Shown: positions 19,629 to 24,442 of the stretch, in pieces
Numbering within the stretch: the stretch's first letter is position 1
Layout: every line of letters begins with the position of its first letter
DNA from: Macrostomum lignano
Lineage: Eukaryota
Direction: 5' to 3'
DNA length: 24,442 nt
Assembly: GCA_002269645.1 (NCBI GenBank)
Contig: NIVC01002887.1
Location: forward strand, 26,516 to 50,957
Program-made: the position numbers and the translations under genes
The notes under the pieces: generated by a model
What the model was told of the DNA's origin: nothing
Database searches by the model: none
What the model saw: only the letters and a program-made list of their open reading frames with translations

Positions 19629-20970
19629 CGAGGGCTATCCCAAAAGTAAGTTCGCTATGCTATAAAAGACAAACTAGTGATCTAACAATCAACAAAACTT
19701 TGCAACTGCAAAATGAACTCATAGAACTCTACAAATTTGCCGCCGAGGTCAACGCACTTCTGCCAGCGGCGCACCCACGCCTCAAAGGCAGGGCTGCAAC
19801 CGCCGATGGCCAGATGCCGGAGAGCTGATGAAGCACTGTTATTAATCTGTTCCACCGAGGCAAAACGTTGACCACGAAGACTCTTCTTCATCCTTGGGAA
19901 AACGTAGAAGTCCGCCGGAGCCAAGTCAGGCGAATAGCGCGGCTGAGGCAGAACTTCCCAGTCCCAGGACTCCAGGAAGCTCTTCCACTCTTCTGGCGCG
20001 GTGCACAGGCGCATTGTCCTGATGAAAGATGACGCCTCTCTCCAGCAAGCCAGGTCGCTTCTTTCTGATCGCCGGTCGCAGTTTCTCCTGCAGAATCCAT
20101 TTGTAATATTCGGCGTTCACCTTGGTACCGACTGGCACAGGCCAGTCCACCAGAATGCCATGGACGTCGAAGAAGATGATGTGCATCACCTTCATTGAAC
20201 TCTGCTTGCGCTGCACCTTCTCTGGGCTTGCTGATCCCCTTGGAAGCCACTGTGCTGACTGGCGCTTCAGCTCAGGATCCCATTCGTAGACCCAAGTCTC
20301 ATCTCCTGTCACAATCCTGCTGAGGAAGTCGTTGCCTTCTCGATGAAATCGACGAAGGTGCTCTCTGGACAGCCTCACCAGCTCCTCCATCTGCTCTTCT
20401 GTCAGCAGGTGGGGCACCCATTTGGCGAAGATCTTCTGCATGCCCAAGTTCTCAGTTAGAATGCGATGCACCGTGCTGTGGGGAATGTCTAGAAGTTCCT
20501 CGAGCTCAGCGCAAGTGAGCCTGCTGTCCTCTGTCACGGCATCCTTCACACGCTCGGCATTTGCGTCGGTTGTTGCTGTTCTCGGCCTTCCGGAGCGCTC
20601 TTCATCTTCCATGCACAGCCTCCTCCCTGGACCTCACGAACCCACTTGCGCACTGTCTGAATTGATGGAGCTTCCTCTCTCAAAACGTCTCCAAGCTCTT
20701 CATGAATTGCAGTTGCCGATTTTCCAGCCAAAACTCCAAACTTGATGATGTTCCGAACGTCAAACCGAGTGAACGAAGCTGACGCGGCCATCTTTGCAAA
20801 GTCTATTTGATTTAAGGGATGCTCTGCAGCTTGTGAGCATGACAGCACTCTGAAACTTGTCATTCTTCTTTACCATAGACTATAGGTTAGTAAATGGCTA
20901 GTGTCTCCTGTTCAAGATGCTATTAATAAATTTTATACAATAGCGAAACTTACTTTTGGGATAGCCCTTG
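19629..20970 (-). mobile_element. Full-length mariner (Tc1/mariner DD34D) transposon, 1342 bp, with ~40-bp TIRs and a TA target duplication
   Basis: Left TIR CGAGGGCTATCCCAAAAGTAAGTTCGCTATGCTATAAAA (19629-19667) versus the reverse complement of 20931-20970: 3 mismatches plus 1 indel. TA at 19627-19628 and 20971-20972. Confidence 0.95.
19682..20791 (-). pseudogene. Mariner transposase split by two single-base frameshifts (about 20615 and about 19980)
   Basis: MAAS..VRNIIKF / ERSGRP, WVPHLL, TGDETWVYEWDPE, HQDNAPVH / YSPDLAPADFYVFP. Spacing is D34D after correction. No internal stop in the reconstructed path. Confidence 0.93.
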
Positions 20971-21402
20971 TAATCATGTCTGAAAATGGGGAATTGGGGG
21001 GCGCCTGTTATTTCTGTTTCTGGGCCTGGGTTCGGGCCATCCAACCCCACAGAGTGAACGAATCGACTGAAAATTAAGACAGATCCGAGGAAAAACCGTC
21101 GCAAGTTGTTTTATCAAAGAGATGGATGAAATTCTAATTATCCGAGTGCAGCCGATTCCCGGAGGGGCAGCTCTCAGACAAAAAATTAAACATGAAATTC
21201 CCAGTTTTCCACGTGTTTGGGAGCATTTATGACTCAAAATTGTTCTCTGTTCTCGGGTTATCGTGTGTGTCAGGTGCTCTGATGGGTAATTACTCTGGTA
21301 ATCAGATAATAAATTAATCACGTGCTCCCAATGAAGTACTTAAGAAGCATATTGTTCTCAGCGGCTTAGAAACAATTGATAAATACTCGCATTTACCCAC
21401 AT

Positions 21403-22320
21403 TACTCTGGCACTATACCATTCAGCTACTCAGGCACTATACCATTCAGCTACTCAGGCACTATACCATTCAGCTACTCAGGCAATATACCATTCAGCTA
21501 CTCAGGCACTATACCATTCAGCTACTCAGGCACTATACCATTCAGCTACTCAGGCACTATACCACTCAGCAACTCAGGCATTATACCATTCAGCTACTCA
21601 GGCAATATACCACTCAGCTACTCAGGCATTATACCACTCAGCTACTCAGGCACTATACCACTCAGCTACTCAGGCATTATACCACTCAGCTACTCAGGCA
21701 CTATACCACTCAGCTACTCAGGCACTATACCAATCGGCTACTCAGGCACTATACCATTCAGCTACTCAGGCACTATACCACTCAGCTACTCAGGCACTAT
21801 ACCACTCAGCTACTCAGGCACTATACCACTCAGCTACTCAGGCACTATACCAATCAGCTACTCAGGCACTATACCATTCAGCTACTCAGGCACTATACCA
21901 CTCAGCTACTCAGGCATTATACCACTCAGCTACTCAGGCACTATACCACTCAGCAACTCAGGCATTATACCATTCAGCTACTCAGGCACTATACCACTCA
22001 GCTACTCAGGCACTATACCACTCAGCTACTCAGGCACTATACCATTCAGCTACTCAGGCACTATACCAATCAGCTACTCAGGCATTATACCACTCAGCTA
22101 CTCAGGCACTATACCACTCAGCTACTCAGGCATTATACCACTCAGCTACTCAGGCACTATACCATTCAGCTACTCAGGCACTATACCAATCAGCTATTCA
22201 GGCAATGCACCACTCAGCTACTCAGGCATTATACCACTCAGCTACTCAGGCATTATACCACTCAGCTACTCAGGCATTATACCACTCAGCTACTCAGGCA
22301 ATGCACCACTCAGCTACTCA
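21403..22320. repeat. 24-bp minisatellite AGCTACTCAGGCACTATACCA(C/T)TC, about 38 copies
   Basis: Direct periodicity. The 321-aa SYSGTIPL ORF is its stop-free frame. Confidence 0.96.
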
Positions 22321-22814
22321 CACTTTTTAATACCCAGGTAGTCAAACACGTAAGAACTTAATTAAAATCCTGATGTAAGAAGTCAAGCAAGTACCTGCAA
22401 TAATCAAATCAATAACTTAGCTTAAAGTACATTAGTAAACTAGCTGATAGAACCGCTTCAGTTTCGCGAACCAGCACCTCATGCAATATAACTTGGCTAT
22501 AAAGCGAGCCCTCAGGCTGGTTTCACAAGCCCTGCATCAATCAGCAGGGGGAATTGCAGCCCATATTTCCCCATCTAATATGCACCCCAGCCTCAGAATC
22601 TGCAATATCGCCTTCATTTTCGACAAAACGGTTTGAGCAACTCGAAGGCCGAACCGATGTTTTGGAGAAGAAAAGTATCGGCCCTAAAAATTTGTGCCAA
22701 AGGGCGGCGGCTGTGACTTGATGGTTTGAATTTTTTATTAACAGTTTGGAAGGTCCCAGCTGAGACCATATTTTAATACGAGTATAGCCCGTGTGGGGAT
22801 CTGTTCCCGTATTA

Positions 22815-24442
22815 CTTCCCCTCAAGCAATTCCCCTCAAGCTCTGTGGCCATATTCTGAGCCATTCCCCTCAAGCTCTGTGTTCATATTCTGAGCCATTC
22901 CCCTCAAGCTCTGTGTTCATATTCTGAGCCATTCCCCTCAAGCTCTGTGGCCATATTCTGAGCAATTCCCCTCAACCTCTGTGACCATATTCTGAGCCAT
23001 TCCCCTCAAGCTCTGTGACCATATTCTGAGCAATTCCCCTCAAGCTCTGTGACCATATTCTGAGCCATTCCCCTCAAGCTCTGTGGCCATATTCTGAGCC
23101 ATTCCCCTCAAGCTCTGTGACCATATTCTGAGCAATTCCCTCAAGCTCTGTGTCCATATTCTGAGCCATTCCCCTCAAGCTCTGTGTTCATATTCTGAGC
23201 CATTCCCTCAAGCTCTGTGGCCATATTCTGAGCCATTCCCCTCAAGCTCTGTGTCCATATTCTGAGCCATTCCCCTCAAGCTCTGTGTTCATATTCTGAG
23301 CCATTCCCCTCAAGCTCTGTGGCCATATTCTGAGCAATTCCCCTCAACCTCTGTGACCATATTCTGAGCCATTCCCTCAAGCTCTGTGACCATATTCTGA
23401 GCAATTCCCCTCAAGCTCTGTGCCATATTCTGAGCCATTCCCTCAAGCTCTGTGACCATATTCTGAGCAATTCCCCTCAAGCTCTGTGCCATATTCTGAG
23501 CCATTCCCCTCAAGCTCTGTGACCATATTCTGAGCAATTCCCCTCAAGCTCTGTGGCCATATTCTGAGCAATTCCCCTCAAGCTCTGTGGCCATATTCTG
23601 AGCAATTCCCTCAAGCTCTGTGGCCATATTCTGAGCAATTCCCCTCAAGCTCTGTGACCATATTCTGAGCAATTCCCCTCAAGCTCTGTGGCCATATTCT
23701 GAGCAATTCCCCTCAAGCTCTGTGACCATATTCTGAGCAATTCCCCTCAAGCTCTGTGGACCATATTCTGAGCATTCCCCTCAAGCTCTGTGGCCATATT
23801 CTGAGCCATTCCCTCAAGCTCTGTGACCATATTCTGAGCAATTCCCCTCAAGCTCTGTGACCATATTCTGAGCAATTCCCTCAAGCTCTGTGATCATATT
23901 CTGAGCCATTCCCTCCTGTGGCCATATTCTGAGCAATTCCCCTCAAGCTCTGTGACCATATTCTGAGCAATTCCCCCTCTGTGACCATATTCTGAGCCAT
24001 TCCCTCCTGTGGCCATATTCTGAGCAATTCCCCTCAAGCTCTGTGGCCATATTCTGAGCAATTCCCCTCCTGTGACCATATTCTGAGCAATTCCCCTCAA
24101 CTCTGTGGCCATATTCTGAGCGAATTCCCCTCAAGCTCTGTGGCCATATTCTGAGCATTCCCCTCAAGCTCTGTGGCCATATTCTGAGCAATTCCCTCAA
24201 GCTCTGTGACATATCTGAGCATTCCCCTCAAGCTCTGTGTCCATTCTGAGCAATTCCCCTCAAGCTCTGTGGCCATATTCTGAGCATTCCCCTCAAGCTC
24301 TGTGACCATATCTGAGCAATTCCCCTCAAGCTCGTGTCCATATTCTGAGCAATTCCCCTCAAGCTCTGTGGCATATTCTGAGCAATTCCCCTCAAGCTCT
24401 GTGGCGCATATTCTGAGCGATTCCCTCAAGCTCTGTGGCCAT
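22815..24442. repeat. 34-bp minisatellite ATTCCCCTCAAGCTCTGTG(G/A)CCATATTCTGAGC(C/A), about 48 copies, truncated by the window end
   Basis: Direct periodicity. Homopolymer indels increase toward the end. Confidence 0.96.

Noticed and set aside
21376-22341. 321-aa SYSGTIPL repeat protein
   Set aside because: It starts at a non-ATG (TTG) codon, lies almost wholly within a 24-bp array and has no unique domain or signal peptide. Coding cannot be excluded but is unsupported.
24100-24442. Rising indel rate at the end of the 34-bp array as biological decay
   Set aside because: The changes are mostly homopolymer and single-base indels typical of low-coverage long-read consensus, so they are more likely assembly noise.

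Overview
Eukaryotic, metazoan genomic DNA, not prokaryotic. It has GT-AG introns, GC-rich coding islands and about 9 kb (~37%) of tandem repeats from roughly 14 unrelated mini/microsatellite families. This style suggests a free-living flatworm such as Macrostomum, which is inference only. In order along the window: (1) a 33/35-bp minisatellite running directly into a probable terminal exon that encodes a PPPAY (PY) motif and is missed by the ORF track; (2) two tandem, intronless, secreted C-type lectin + PAN/Apple-like paralogs (3878-4648, 8054-8818), each with an RFX X-box about 90 bp upstream and a 25-bp array built from its own last codons and stop; (3) a decayed mariner between them; (4) a 3-exon minus-strand proline-dehydrogenase-family gene with the PRODH2/hydroxyproline-type signature (13724-10328) and minisatellite-filled introns; (5) a head-to-head, intronless DEG/ENaC channel (15061-17346) with HA in place of the conserved HG motif; (6) a full-length TA-flanked DD34D mariner with two frameshifts (19629-20970); (7) further arrays to the end of the window. 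Most ORFs in the supplied track are artefacts of stop-free repeat frames or antisense frames of GC-rich CDS. No RNA genes or CRISPR arrays are supported.
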